A DNA stretch of 64,000 bases, from assembly GCA_019136655.1 (NCBI GenBank), contig JAGVTU010000003.1, forward strand, positions 28,098 to 92,097. The letters run 5' to 3'. The translations under genes were made by a program, and so were the position numbers. The DNA comes from Bacteroidota bacterium. GTDB taxonomy: Bacteria > Bacteroidota > Bacteroidia > AKYH767-A > OLB10. This document shows positions 1 through 9,476 of this stretch, piece after piece. How positions within the stretch are numbered: the stretch's first letter is position 1; each line of letters opens with the position of its first letter. Below the pieces are notes generated by a model. It saw only the letters and a program-made list of their open reading frames with translations, was not told where the DNA came from and made no database searches.

Positions 1-275
1 TTTTTCTCCCCACCATTTACATGATTTTTGTCATTTTTTCATAAGCTGATTTTTTTTGAAATTGCTTAAGAAACTGCGCATTTTGCAAGGTGAAATGATG
101 ATACATCACTTTTCTCTCTGAAAAACCTTCTTATCCGGTGCTTTTTGTCTTTGTTTTGACACAAACCCTTCATTATTCATGCGTAATGTCGCCTGCAATT
201 AAAGTCAAAAAATATTTAAGATAAATTTGTCCTAAATAAAACAGGTCTTACCTTTGCAACCCCAAAGTAAAGTTT

Positions 276-710
276 ATGTTTTCAAAAGCATGTGAGCACG
301 GAATTAAAGCAATTATTTACATAGCCACTCAGTCGCTGCAAGGGCAAAGGGCAAAAATTGGTGATGTGGCAATAAACTCCGGATCTCCCGGAGCTTTCAC
401 TGCAAAAGTTTTAGGTACACTTACCAAGTATAATATTGTTAATTCATATACCGGCCCTACAGGTGGCTTTGATATGTCGGTGAAACAAATGCGGCAGATA
501 AGAATGAGTGATATTGTAAAGATTATTGATGGCGATAATATTTACAATGGTTGCGGATTAGGCCTCAGCGAATGTAATGAATCAAAACCCTGCCCCATGC
601 ATGACAAGTTCAGTAAAGTGAGAGCGGGAATTAAAGATATGCTTACAAAAACTACTGTTTATGACCTTGCCAAAGGATTGCACGAAGGAAAGACAGTGCT
701 GATCAGATAA
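276..710 (+). CDS. Rrf2 family transcriptional regulator (IscR/NsrR-like, with Cys cluster)
   Basis: N-terminal wHTH resembles Rrf2 (HGIKAIIYIA...). A CGLGLSECNESKPC cysteine cluster is typical of Fe-S-binding Rrf2 regulators. It is the first gene of a co-directional, tightly spaced operon. Confidence 0.75.
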   Translation: MFSKACEHGIKAIIYIATQSLQGQRAKIGDVAINSGSPGAFTAKVLGTLTKYNIVNSYTGPTGGFDMSVKQMRQIRMSDIVKIIDGDNIYNGCGLGLSECNESKPCPMHDKFSKVRAGIKDMLTKTTVYDLAKGLHEGKTVLIR

Positions 711-797
711 CGAAGCAAAACTCACTTCTTGGTATTTTGTTCACTAATAAGATAAAAATTAATAAAAGTAAAAAGCAGTATAATTAAGATAAAAAAT

Positions 798-1034
798 ATG
801 GAGAATAAAGAAATCTGGTTACCATCATTAATTACAGCAACACCGCAGGAAGGACGTGAGTTAGCTATTAAAATGGCAAGAAAATCTATAGCTGCTATTC
901 AAACCGATCCGGAAATTAGAAAACAACTCCGCAGCGATTATGCTAATGACACAGCACAACTGATTGCTTCTGCAAATGTGGTGGCTCTCGAGTTTCAAAC
1001 CATTGCAGTTGCCAATAATTACTGGAAAAAATAA
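798..1034 (+). CDS. hypothetical small protein (78 aa)
   Basis: ORF lying between the Rrf2 gene and the truncated hemoglobin gene on the same strand. No motif recognised. Confidence 0.3.
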   Translation: MENKEIWLPSLITATPQEGRELAIKMARKSIAAIQTDPEIRKQLRSDYANDTAQLIASANVVALEFQTIAVANNYWKK

Positions 1035-1068
1035 TTCTCAGAATAAACCGGGTATATCCCTTTTTTAA

Positions 1069-1464
1069 ATGAGTGAGCTCAAAGACATAACATCCATTGA
1101 CGATATCAGAATTCTGGTAGATACTTTTTACGGCAAAATACGTGAAGATGATTTGCTGAAAGATATTTTTAACAATGTCATTCAGGACCGGTGGCCGCAA
1201 CATCTCGAAAAAATGTATCGTTTCTGGCAAACTGTTTTGTTTGACGAACACACTTATTTTGGTGCTCCATTTGTACCGCATGCGCAGCTTCCTGTAGAAA
1301 AACTTCACTTCGACCGTTGGGTGTCTTTATTCAACGAAACAGTTGATCATTTTTTCAGTGGCGAAAAAGCAACCCGCGCCAAATGGCAGGGCAACAGAAT
1401 GGCAGAAATGTTTCTGATGAAAATACAGTATTACAAAAACAACGCTTCAACACCGCTGCAATGA
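1069..1464 (+). CDS. group III truncated hemoglobin (Ctb-like)
   Basis: Aligns by eye along its whole length with Campylobacter Ctb. Shared segments include FY.K.R.D..L..IFNN.I and H..LP......F..W..LF.E. Confidence 0.75.
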   Translation: MSELKDITSIDDIRILVDTFYGKIREDDLLKDIFNNVIQDRWPQHLEKMYRFWQTVLFDEHTYFGAPFVPHAQLPVEKLHFDRWVSLFNETVDHFFSGEKATRAKWQGNRMAEMFLMKIQYYKNNASTPLQ

Positions 1465-1910
1465 AAATAATTAAACATCCGCAAGTGGTAGTTGCCGTTT
1501 TTATATGGATAGGTTTTGTCAGTGCAATAAGTTTTATGGAGTCATGGCTTAAGTTTCTGGCTCCCGGCATCACCATTCCTCTTGGACTCGGTGTTGGCAG
1601 GTTGGTGTTTGTTGCACTCAACAAGGTTGAGTGGGCGCTTGTACTGTTTATTTTAATCAGTTTGTTGTATGCACGCGAAAATATTTTCGTTATTGGGTAT
1701 GCAACATTTCTGATTCCGTTTTTTATTGTAATCATACAGACATTCTGGTTGCTGCCTGCAATGGATGCAAGAGCACAACTTCAGATTGACGGAACTACTG
1801 TTCCTCCTTCTTATCTGCATATTTATTTCGCAGGTTCCGAAGTTATAAAGGCAACCTGTTTGTTTATATTTGGCATCTCACACTTCAAACCTGTTAAAAA
1901 TTATGAGTAA
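1461..1910 (+). CDS. hypothetical 4-TM membrane protein
   Basis: The in-frame ATG at 1461 overlaps the trHb stop codon (ATGA). Four hydrophobic helices are visible. The track ORF at 1383 is probably over-extended at the 5' end. Confidence 0.45.
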   Translation: MKIIKHPQVVVAVFIWIGFVSAISFMESWLKFLAPGITIPLGLGVGRLVFVALNKVEWALVLFILISLLYARENIFVIGYATFLIPFFIVIIQTFWLLPAMDARAQLQIDGTTVPPSYLHIYFAGSEVIKATCLFIFGISHFKPVKNYE

Positions 1911-2808
1911 AGAAAAAATCTTAAACGACATTGATGGAAAATATCAGCAGCTTGGCGAAAATTCTGAAACCTATCTGAAAGGATTGCTTCAGGCAAAACC
2001 CATCACTTACTGGGATTATATTCAGGTGGACACACTGTTTACCCTGCAAAAAACCAGAACGGATTTTAAAGACGAAGCCATCTTTGTGATGTATCATCAG
2101 GTTACTGAATTGGTGTTGAAAATGATGGTGCACGAACTGCAGCAGCTTGTTTTCGAAGACCTGAAAGAAGAAATATGGATGGATAAACTCAACCGCCTCA
2201 ACCGTTATACTTCCATGCTCATTACCTCATTTGATGTGATGAAATTCGGAATGAACTATGACGACTATAATACTTTCCGCAGTACGCTTGCTCCTGCAAG
2301 TGGTTTTCAGTCGGCCACCTTCCGTTATCTCGAAATTTATTGCACACCGCTTGAAAACCTCATTAACGAAGAAGGTAAAAAACGCCTTCCTGCAAATCCA
2401 ACAGTTGAAGATTATTTTGAAAACATCTACTGGAAAGATGCAGGTACCGACAGAAAAACAGGTAAAAAATCTCTTACCCTTCGTTTGTTCGAAGAAAAAT
2501 ATTTGAACAGTTTTATTGAGTTAGCCAAAAAAGTAAAAGGAAATACGCTGGAAGAAAAAATCAAAAAGTTTCAGAATCCTTCAAAAGAATTTATATCAAA
2601 GCTTAAAGAGTTTGATATCATGTACAATGTGAAGTGGCCTATTGTGCATTTGGAAACTGCTCAGCATTACTTAGACAGCAAAGGCGAAAACAAAGCAGCA
2701 ACCGGTGGCAGCGAATGGAAAAAATATCTGCATCCGAAATATCAGCAACGTAAATTTTTCCCGAAACTATATACCCATGATGAAATAGCCCGTTGGGGAG
2801 AAGAGTAA
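1903..2808 (+). CDS. tryptophan 2,3-dioxygenase (TDO) family heme protein
   Basis: YWDYIQVDTLFTLQ and DEAIFVMYHQVTELVLKMMVHEL match the conserved TDO N-terminal helices (YxxYLxLDxLLxxQ / DELLFIxxHQxxELWFK). The ATG at 1903 overlaps the stop codon of the preceding gene. Confidence 0.65.
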   Translation: MSKEKILNDIDGKYQQLGENSETYLKGLLQAKPITYWDYIQVDTLFTLQKTRTDFKDEAIFVMYHQVTELVLKMMVHELQQLVFEDLKEEIWMDKLNRLNRYTSMLITSFDVMKFGMNYDDYNTFRSTLAPASGFQSATFRYLEIYCTPLENLINEEGKKRLPANPTVEDYFENIYWKDAGTDRKTGKKSLTLRLFEEKYLNSFIELAKKVKGNTLEEKIKKFQNPSKEFISKLKEFDIMYNVKWPIVHLETAQHYLDSKGENKAATGGSEWKKYLHPKYQQRKFFPKLYTHDEIARWGEE

Positions 2809-2828
2809 AAACAATTAAATATAATATC

Positions 2829-3599
2829 ATGGAAGTTAAAGATTTTGAAAAAGCACAGGGACACTGGATTCTTGCAAGAATGGGAAAAAGAGTTTTACGT
2901 CCCGGAGGTAAGGAGCTTACTCAAAAATTAGTTTCTGAATTACATATTTCTTCTGATGATGATGTGGTGGAATTTGCACCTGGGTTAGGTTACACAGCTA
3001 CACTTGCATTAAAAGATCATCCGCATTCTTATACCGGTGTGGATGCTGATGAAGATGCAATCAAATCATTAAAACAAAAAGTAAAAGGACAAAATATTCA
3101 GTTTGTTCTTGGCAATGCAGGAAATACCAGTATTGAAAGTAATTCTAAAGATAAAGTTTGGGGTGAAGCCATGCTTACTATGCATGCCGACCATCGCAAA
3201 TCCGAAATCATAAAAGAAGCATACCGCATTCTTAAAAAAGGAGGCCTGTATGCCATACATGAATTAGGGTTGAAGGATGTGAATGAAAATCTTAAAAGTG
3301 AAATTCAGAGAGACCTGGCAGTTACCATAAAAGTAAATGCCCGCCCACTGACAGAGCAGGAATGGAAAAGTTTACTCGAGAAAGAAGGTTTCACAGTCAG
3401 AAAAATTTATACCAATGAAATGTTGTTGCTCGAGACTAAACGTATTCTGGATGATGAAGGATTTTTCAGAACACTGAAGATTGGTTACAACATTCTGGTG
3501 AACTCATCTGCACGTAAACGCATTACAGAGATGAGAAAATCATTCAGAAAACATCAAAAACACATCAATTCAATTGTTCTGATAGCACAAAAAAGTTAA
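2829..3599 (+). CDS. class I SAM-dependent methyltransferase
   Basis: A VVEFAPGLGYTA motif resembling a Rossmann-fold SAM-binding site. The ATG at 2829 is in frame with the track ORF and avoids overlap with the upstream gene. Confidence 0.6.
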   Translation: MEVKDFEKAQGHWILARMGKRVLRPGGKELTQKLVSELHISSDDDVVEFAPGLGYTATLALKDHPHSYTGVDADEDAIKSLKQKVKGQNIQFVLGNAGNTSIESNSKDKVWGEAMLTMHADHRKSEIIKEAYRILKKGGLYAIHELGLKDVNENLKSEIQRDLAVTIKVNARPLTEQEWKSLLEKEGFTVRKIYTNEMLLLETKRILDDEGFFRTLKIGYNILVNSSARKRITEMRKSFRKHQKHINSIVLIAQKS

Positions 3600-3617
3600 T
3601 TTATAAATATCGTACCA

Positions 3618-4343
3618 ATGAGTATTTCAAAAGAAAGTATCATAGGAGAGTTGGTTGCCAATGATTATCGCACCGCTTCTGTTTTTAAAAAACACAACAT
3701 AGACTTTTGCTGCAATGGCAACAGAAGTATTGCAGACGCCTGTGAGAAAAAGAAAATTGACAGCAATGAACTGATACAGCAACTGGAGCAGGCAATAACT
3801 ACGAACAATGCATCGTCTGTTGACTTTAACTCCTGGCCACTCGACTTGCTGGCTGATTACATTGAGAAAAAACATCATCGCTATGTTGAATCCCGTTCGC
3901 AGGAAATAAAACCATTTCTTGATAAAGTAATTCGTGTGCATGGTGACAGACATCCTGAGCTGATTGAAACAGGAAAACTTTTTAACGAGAGCGTTGGAGA
4001 ACTGGCAATGCACATGAAAAAAGAAGAGCTTATGCTGTTCCCCTTCATTCGCAGAATGGTTCAGGCAGAACAAAACGGAACTTCTGTTCAGGCGCCATTC
4101 GGATCGGTGCAAAACCCCATTAAAGCTATGATGCACGACCATGATGGTGAAGGAGAGCGTTTTCGTAAAATTTCCTCTCTTACCAACAACTATAACCCTC
4201 CTGCAGATGCATGTAATACATACAGAGTAACTTATTCGATGTTAAAAGAATTCGAAGAAGACTTACATTTGCACATTCATTTGGAAAATAACATCTTATT
4301 CCCAAAAGCAATTTCAATGGAGGAAAAATTAGCAACAGTTTAA
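3618..4343 (+). CDS. ric: iron-sulfur cluster repair di-iron protein RIC (YtfE/ScdA family)
   Basis: ScdA_N-like N-terminus (DFCCNGNRSI). The C-terminal half carries hemerythrin-like His/Glu-rich cation-binding segments (HH..E, H..E..LFP, HDHDGE, HLHIHLEN). Confidence 0.75.
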   Translation: MSISKESIIGELVANDYRTASVFKKHNIDFCCNGNRSIADACEKKKIDSNELIQQLEQAITTNNASSVDFNSWPLDLLADYIEKKHHRYVESRSQEIKPFLDKVIRVHGDRHPELIETGKLFNESVGELAMHMKKEELMLFPFIRRMVQAEQNGTSVQAPFGSVQNPIKAMMHDHDGEGERFRKISSLTNNYNPPADACNTYRVTYSMLKEFEEDLHLHIHLENNILFPKAISMEEKLATV

Positions 4344-4382
4344 TCAAAATCAATTTATAACAAATTAAAAATTCAATTAAAA

Positions 4383-4901
4383 ATGAAAAAATCAATTTTA
4401 GTTTTTGCATCTGCAGCTATGTTTTTAGCTGCCTGTAGTTCATCAACCGAGCAAAAAAGCACCGAACCTGCTGCTCCTGCCGAAACAACTACTCCTGAAG
4501 CAGCTCCTGCTCCTGCCCCTGCTGAGCCTGCTGTAGTTACTCTTAACGCAGGTGATGATATGAAGTATGACATTACAGAAATTAAAGTTAAAGCGGGACA
4601 AACAGTGAAACTAACACTGCACCACACAGGTAAATTGCCGGTGTCAGGAATGGGCCATAACTTTGTTTTGTTAGCTTCTGGTGTTGACTTGGCTGAGTTT
4701 GCTCAGGCTGCTCTTAAAGCAAAAGACAGTGAGTATATTCCGGCAGATCTGTCAGATGATATTCTTGCTCATACAAAACTTATCGGTGGTGGCGAAACAA
4801 CAGAAATCGAATTTACTGCTCCTGAAAAAGGTACATATGATTACCTGTGTACTTTCCCGGGACACTATGCTATGATGCAAGGTAAATTTATTGTTGAATA
4901 A
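4383..4901 (+). CDS. azu: azurin (type-1 blue copper protein), lipoprotein-type signal
   Basis: Signal peptide with a lipobox Cys, followed by a Pro/Ala-rich linker. Azurin copper-ligand pattern: GMGHNFVL ... CTFPGHYAMMQG (Gly-His ... Cys-x4-His-x3-Met). Overall alignable with Pseudomonas azurin. Confidence 0.8.
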   Translation: MKKSILVFASAAMFLAACSSSTEQKSTEPAAPAETTTPEAAPAPAPAEPAVVTLNAGDDMKYDITEIKVKAGQTVKLTLHHTGKLPVSGMGHNFVLLASGVDLAEFAQAALKAKDSEYIPADLSDDILAHTKLIGGGETTEIEFTAPEKGTYDYLCTFPGHYAMMQGKFIVE

Positions 4902-4935
4902 TTTTGCGCTGCGATAAAAAGCAAAATTTTCATGA

Positions 4936-4970
4936 CGGGCAAGCAACTGAAAAGGCTTGCCCGTTTTTTT
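4936..4970 (+). terminator. rho-independent terminator after azurin
   Basis: Perfect 9-bp stem CGGGCAAGC / GCTTGCCCG with a 10-nt loop, followed by TTTTTTT. Confidence 0.8.
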
Positions 4971-5080
4971 ATAGCTGTTATTTAAAATAAAAAGTTAGCT
5001 GCAACAATTTTCTTTATCAACTGTTTTGAACAGAAGAAAGATAATAAAGTAAATTTTCATTCTGAATAAAAATAGAATTT

Positions 5081-5425
5081 ATGAAAATTAAACGTGTATA
5101 TGAAAAACCTGAGAAGGAAGATGGCTACCGAATATTGGTTGACAGACTGTGGCCCCGTGGTATCAGTAAAGCCTCTGCTGAAATTGATGAATGGATAAAG
5201 GAAATAGCTCCTTCAACTGAACTGAGAAAATGGTTCAATCACGAACCTGAAAAATTTCCTGAGTTTAAGAAACGATATAAAGAAGAACTCAAAACACAAA
5301 CTGCAGAGCTTAAAAAAATTCACGAACTTTCACAGAAGAAAAAAGTAACCTTATTGTATTCTGCCAAAGACACACAATTCAATCAGGCAGTCGTGTTGCT
5401 GGAAGTGTTGCAGAAACTCAAATAA
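5081..5425 (+). CDS. DUF488 family protein
   Basis: KRVYEKPEKEDGYRILVDRLWPRGISK...DEWIKEIAPSTELRKWF is the signature start of DUF488. Confidence 0.65.
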   Translation: MKIKRVYEKPEKEDGYRILVDRLWPRGISKASAEIDEWIKEIAPSTELRKWFNHEPEKFPEFKKRYKEELKTQTAELKKIHELSQKKKVTLLYSAKDTQFNQAVVLLEVLQKLK

Positions 5426-5456
5426 ATTAAACTAACAAAATTGATTCTGTTTTTCA

Positions 5457-6185
5457 ATGGACGATATACTTCATAACCTTCAGGTCATCAACAGCCGTAT
5501 TGAAGCAGCTTGCAGCAAATCACACCGCGAACGATCGGAAGTAAGATTGCTTCTTGCAACAAAAACGGTAACACCTGAACGCATTATCAAAGCTATGGAA
5601 GCAGGATATAACATGATTGGTGAAAACAAAGTGCAGGAAGTAAAAGAAAAGTACGAAGCCCTGAAAAGTATTCCGCATACAAAACATTTTATCGGACATC
5701 TTCAAAGCAATAAAATTAAGGATGTCATAAGATATGGCGTTACCTGCATTGAAACAATTGACCGCATTGAGCTCGCACAAAAATTACATCAGCGGCTTCT
5801 TTCTGAAAACAAAACAATGGAAGTGTTGATACAGGTGAATACTTCAAATGAAGAGAGTAAGTTCGGAGCAGGTCCTGATGATGCTATAGAACTTACCAAA
5901 CAGGTTTCGCAACTTGAAACATTAAAAATTAAAGGGCTGATGACAATAGGCCTTTTCAGTGCTGAAACTGAAAAAGTACGAAGCTGTTTCAGATTACTTA
6001 AAAATATTCAGCAGCAGATTGTCGCATTAAAAATTCCTCATGTGGAAATGAAAGAACTTTCGATGGGCATGAGTGGCGATCTTGAAACAGCTATTGAAGA
6101 AGGTGCAACCATTGTGCGCGTGGGCACTGCTGTTTTTGGCAAAAGGATTTATCCTGACAGTTATTACTGGAATGAAAACAAATAA
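5457..6185 (+). CDS. yggS: YggS family pyridoxal-phosphate homeostasis protein
   Basis: Matches the YggS/PLPBP family along its length (VRLLLATKTV, IGHLQSNK, ELSMGMSGD) and has the typical length. Confidence 0.8.
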   Translation: MDDILHNLQVINSRIEAACSKSHRERSEVRLLLATKTVTPERIIKAMEAGYNMIGENKVQEVKEKYEALKSIPHTKHFIGHLQSNKIKDVIRYGVTCIETIDRIELAQKLHQRLLSENKTMEVLIQVNTSNEESKFGAGPDDAIELTKQVSQLETLKIKGLMTIGLFSAETEKVRSCFRLLKNIQQQIVALKIPHVEMKELSMGMSGDLETAIEEGATIVRVGTAVFGKRIYPDSYYWNENK

Positions 6186-6188
6186 TTC

Positions 6189-7238
6189 CTACTGATTGCT
6201 TTTCAGATAATCAGTCAAAAATTTTTCAATGAGTCGCGGGTGTGCATATTTTTTCTGAAACTCCTTTATTGTCACTTTGTAAAGTTTTTCTTCTTCCGCT
6301 TTCTTTAATTTACGCTTAAGAACACTTACAATAAAATGTGCTTCTATTTTACGGTGTGTCAGCTGATGAGAGTATGTTTTTGAAATGGTGTAATCACGAA
6401 TCCCTATTTCCTTCAGCTCTTTTTGAAGTTGTTTATCTGAAATTTTTTCTTTCGTTTCTATCAGAGGAAACTCATAAAGATTTTTCCAGATGTCGTTCTC
6501 TCTGCGTTGCTGAATGTAAATTTTATCGTCATGTTTCAGCATCAGATAATAAAACCAGCGTTGCTTAATTTTCTTTTTTTGTTCTTTAACAGGAAATGAT
6601 TTTTGTGTTTGATGCGCATAAGCCATGCAATATGGCTGCAGCGGACACTGATGACATGCAGGGTTTGCAGGCGTACACACCAGCGCACCCAATTCCATCA
6701 TTGCATAATTATATAATGCAGGTCGTTTCCTGTCTCCACATTCATTTGCAATTTGCTCCAATATTTTTTTCCCTTCAGTGGAATTTACTGCCTGTTTCAC
6801 TTCAAACATTCGTGCCAACACACGGTTCACATTTCCATCTACAACAAACACCGGCTGATTGAATACAAAAGATGCAATGGCAGCAGCAGTATATGGCCCT
6901 ATCCCTTTAAGTTTTATCAACTCACTATATTGCTTCGGAAAAACACCATCGTATTTCTCTGCCACTTCACGTGCAGTAGCAAGCAGATTTCTGCCTCTGG
7001 AATAATATCCCAATCCCTGCCATAACTTCAGCACTTCGCCTTCTGACGCTGCAGCAAGAGAATAAACATCAGGATATTGTTCAGTAAATTTATAATAGTA
7101 TGGCAGCCCCTGCTCCACGCGTGTCTGCTGCAGAATAATTTCGCTCAGCCATATTTTATAAGCATCTTTTGTTTCACGAAAAGGAAGGTCGCGTTTATTT
7201 TTCTGATACCACTTTATAAGTGCTGACTGAAATGACAT
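6189..7238 (-). CDS. mutY: A/G-specific adenine DNA glycosylase MutY
   Basis: HhH-GPD domain (ILQQTRVEQ...LKGIGPYTAAAI). 4Fe-4S Cys ligands (CTPANPACHQCP..C). C-terminal NUDIX-like domain. Confidence 0.85.
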   Translation of the reverse strand: MSFQSALIKWYQKNKRDLPFRETKDAYKIWLSEIILQQTRVEQGLPYYYKFTEQYPDVYSLAAASEGEVLKLWQGLGYYSRGRNLLATAREVAEKYDGVFPKQYSELIKLKGIGPYTAAAIASFVFNQPVFVVDGNVNRVLARMFEVKQAVNSTEGKKILEQIANECGDRKRPALYNYAMMELGALVCTPANPACHQCPLQPYCMAYAHQTQKSFPVKEQKKKIKQRWFYYLMLKHDDKIYIQQRRENDIWKNLYEFPLIETKEKISDKQLQKELKEIGIRDYTISKTYSHQLTHRKIEAHFIVSVLKRKLKKAEEEKLYKVTIKEFQKKYAHPRLIEKFLTDYLKSNQ

Positions 7239-7283
7239 GTGCCAAAGAAAACAAAAACATCTGTTATTCCGGTGTTCAGTTAA

Positions 7284-8012
7284 ATGGATTTGTGTTTTTT
7301 CGGTTGTAACAATAATTCCATGTCAGTTCATTTTCTATTTTTGATATTTATCTTTTCGCACTTGTCAACTCCGTTGGTACATCCTCCTTTATTGCTTCGA
7401 AAGCTATATCCCAGTTTGATATGGAAATTGCCAGCTGCAGAAAAAGTTGTTTACCTGACATTTGATGACGGTCCTATTCCTGAAGCAACACCTTTTGTTT
7501 TGGACACACTGAAGCTATTTAATGCGAAGGCAACGTTTTTTTGCCTTGGTAAAAATGTTGCAACTAATCCCGGATTGTATGAACGCATTTTGCAGGAAGG
7601 ACACACTACCGGAAATCACACCTACAATCACCTCAACGGCTGGAAAACATCACTGACGGAATATCTTGACAATATAGAACAATGCAGAACGCTTGTTGAC
7701 TCAACATTGTTCAGACCACCTTACGGAAGAATAAGAAGCAGTCAGATACACAGCTTAAAAAACAACATGCACATTATTATGTGGGATGTGTTGAGTTATG
7801 ATTTTAAACAGGATATTTCTCCCGAACAGTGTGCAGAAAATGTTTTACAGAATGTGGATGCTGGTTCCATTGTTGTTTTTCACGACAGCATTAAAGCTTT
7901 CAAAAATATGTCAGCCACACTTCCGATGGTACTCAAACAACTTTCAGAAAAAGGTTATCGTTTTGAAGCTATTCCGAAAAACCTTCCACTACAATCACAA
8001 TCTCACCCTTAG
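7284..8012 (+). CDS. polysaccharide deacetylase (NodB/CE4) family protein
   Basis: CE4 motifs: VVYLTFDDGP, HTTGNHTYNH, and the FRPPYG region. The first roughly 40 codons of the track ORF do not look protein-like. The true start is probably a downstream alternative codon around 7410. Confidence 0.65.
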   Translation: MDLCFFGCNNNSMSVHFLFLIFIFSHLSTPLVHPPLLLRKLYPSLIWKLPAAEKVVYLTFDDGPIPEATPFVLDTLKLFNAKATFFCLGKNVATNPGLYERILQEGHTTGNHTYNHLNGWKTSLTEYLDNIEQCRTLVDSTLFRPPYGRIRSSQIHSLKNNMHIIMWDVLSYDFKQDISPEQCAENVLQNVDAGSIVVFHDSIKAFKNMSATLPMVLKQLSEKGYRFEAIPKNLPLQSQSHP

Positions 8013-8637
8013 GAGGATGAGCACTGTAATATTGATGCAGTTCGCTCAGGTTACCTCGCTTTTTCTCTTCGTAAATTTTTGAAATTTCTCTCACCACACA
8101 GGCTTTTCTCTCCGCTCCGAAAGTTGAAATAAAATCTTCAAGTGTTTTTATCAGCTTATGTGGCGACTCGTAAAACACCATGGTACGTGTTTCAGTACTC
8201 AGCATTTTCAACTTTGTCTGTCGCCCTTTTTTCACAAGAATAAAACCTTCAAAAACAAAACTGTTGCAGGGAATACCCGACATTACCAGTGCAGGAACAA
8301 AAGCCGTTGGGCCGGGCAGACAGGTAATCTCTAATTCATTTTCAATACAGGCACGGGTGAGCAAAAATCCCGGATCAGAAATTCCGGGCGTTCCTGCATC
8401 GCTAATGAGTGCAATGTTTTTCCCCTCCTGTAGCCAGCGTATAATTTCAGCAACTGCAGCATGCTCGTTGTGCTGATGATGGGCATATACTTTTTTATCT
8501 ATTCCAAAATGGCGAAGCAATACAGAAGCATTTCGTGTATCCTCTGCAAGAATGATATCTGCCATCTTCAATACGGATAATGCACGAAGGGTGATGTCTT
8601 CAAGATTGCCAACCGGTGTGGGAACTAAATAAAGCAT
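7969..8637 (-). CDS. rsmI: 16S rRNA (cytidine1402-2'-O)-methyltransferase RsmI
   Basis: N-terminus MLYLVPTPVGNLEDITLRAL...LAEDTR and a tetrapyrrole-methylase fold, both typical of RsmI. Confidence 0.85.
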   Translation of the reverse strand: MLYLVPTPVGNLEDITLRALSVLKMADIILAEDTRNASVLLRHFGIDKKVYAHHQHNEHAAVAEIIRWLQEGKNIALISDAGTPGISDPGFLLTRACIENELEITCLPGPTAFVPALVMSGIPCNSFVFEGFILVKKGRQTKLKMLSTETRTMVFYESPHKLIKTLEDFISTFGAERKACVVREISKIYEEKKRGNLSELHQYYSAHPPKGEIVIVVEGFSE

Positions 8638-8676
8638 ATTGTTTTATATGCTTCAAAAATAGAGGTTCTTGGGCGA

Positions 8677-9375
8677 TTACTGTTTAACAAATCTGCGATA
8701 AATCAACTTATCGTCCATCAGCTGCAGTTGAAGAATATAGACGCCTTTGTTGAGTTTTTCTATTGGAATAACTGAGCTGGCATCGCCTTTTTTATCCACA
8801 ACCAGCCGTCCTGCTGCATCTAAAATTCTTACGTCCTTAACGTAATTATTTGATGGGGTTTTTATCTCTAAAAATTCCTGGGCAGGATTGGGTGTGATGG
8901 AAATTGCACTTTCGGGTTCTTCATTTACTCCTGATGATATCTGAAAAAATACACAGGTGTAATAAGGATTGTATTTAATGGTTCCTGTTCCCTGACCACC
9001 AACAGGCCACACCACAATTACATTGCTTCCGAGTTTATAATTTACAGGACTGAAAAAATAAGCTGACTGAACAGCAACGGTCAAATCGCTGTTGGGTAAT
9101 ATAGTGAAAGTAGCCCCCGCATTAAGTGAGATTGTATCGGGAGGAAACACCGTGTCTGTCTGCAAGTAGATAAATAACGTACCGATAAAAGCGTTTATCG
9201 AGTCGTAGTTATGAATCGTAAACTGAATATTCAGATAGGCTTGATTGCTGTAAGCTGTATCCGGACACTGAGGATAGTCTGCGGAGATAGCCACCACGCC
9301 TAATGAATCGCTCTGCGCTGATGCGCCTGCAGCCAGCAACAGCACTGTGATGATTGATAGCAGAAGTTTTTTCAT
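8677..9375 (-). CDS. secreted protein with T9SS type-A C-terminal sorting domain
   Basis: Signal peptide. The C-terminal about 70 aa (ITPNPAQEFLEIK...KGVYILQLQL) match the Por-secretion CTD. Confidence 0.7.
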   Translation of the reverse strand: MKKLLLSIITVLLLAAGASAQSDSLGVVAISADYPQCPDTAYSNQAYLNIQFTIHNYDSINAFIGTLFIYLQTDTVFPPDTISLNAGATFTILPNSDLTVAVQSAYFFSPVNYKLGSNVIVVWPVGGQGTGTIKYNPYYTCVFFQISSGVNEEPESAISITPNPAQEFLEIKTPSNNYVKDVRILDAAGRLVVDKKGDASSVIPIEKLNKGVYILQLQLMDDKLIYRRFVKQ

Positions 9376-9476
9376 TGCTCTGTTCTTACGTTTTTAATGA
9401 CTAATTAAAAGTATAAAATGTTCTGTTATCATTATTTATTATTTTTGATTTTTCTTACCCGTTTAAAAGCAATAAA

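Noticed and set aside
150-275. Short inverted repeats (TTTTGAC...GTCAAAA; CTTTG..CAAAG) upstream of the Rrf2 gene as an autoregulatory operator
   Set aside because: The arms are only 5-7 bp and the spacing is irregular. This is not distinguishable from chance in AT-rich sequence without comparative data.
1383-1460. 5' extension of the membrane-protein ORF overlapping the truncated hemoglobin gene
   Set aside because: The in-frame ATG at 1461 coincides with the trHb stop (ATGA coupling) and precedes the first TM helix. The upstream extension would overlap the trHb coding sequence in another frame.
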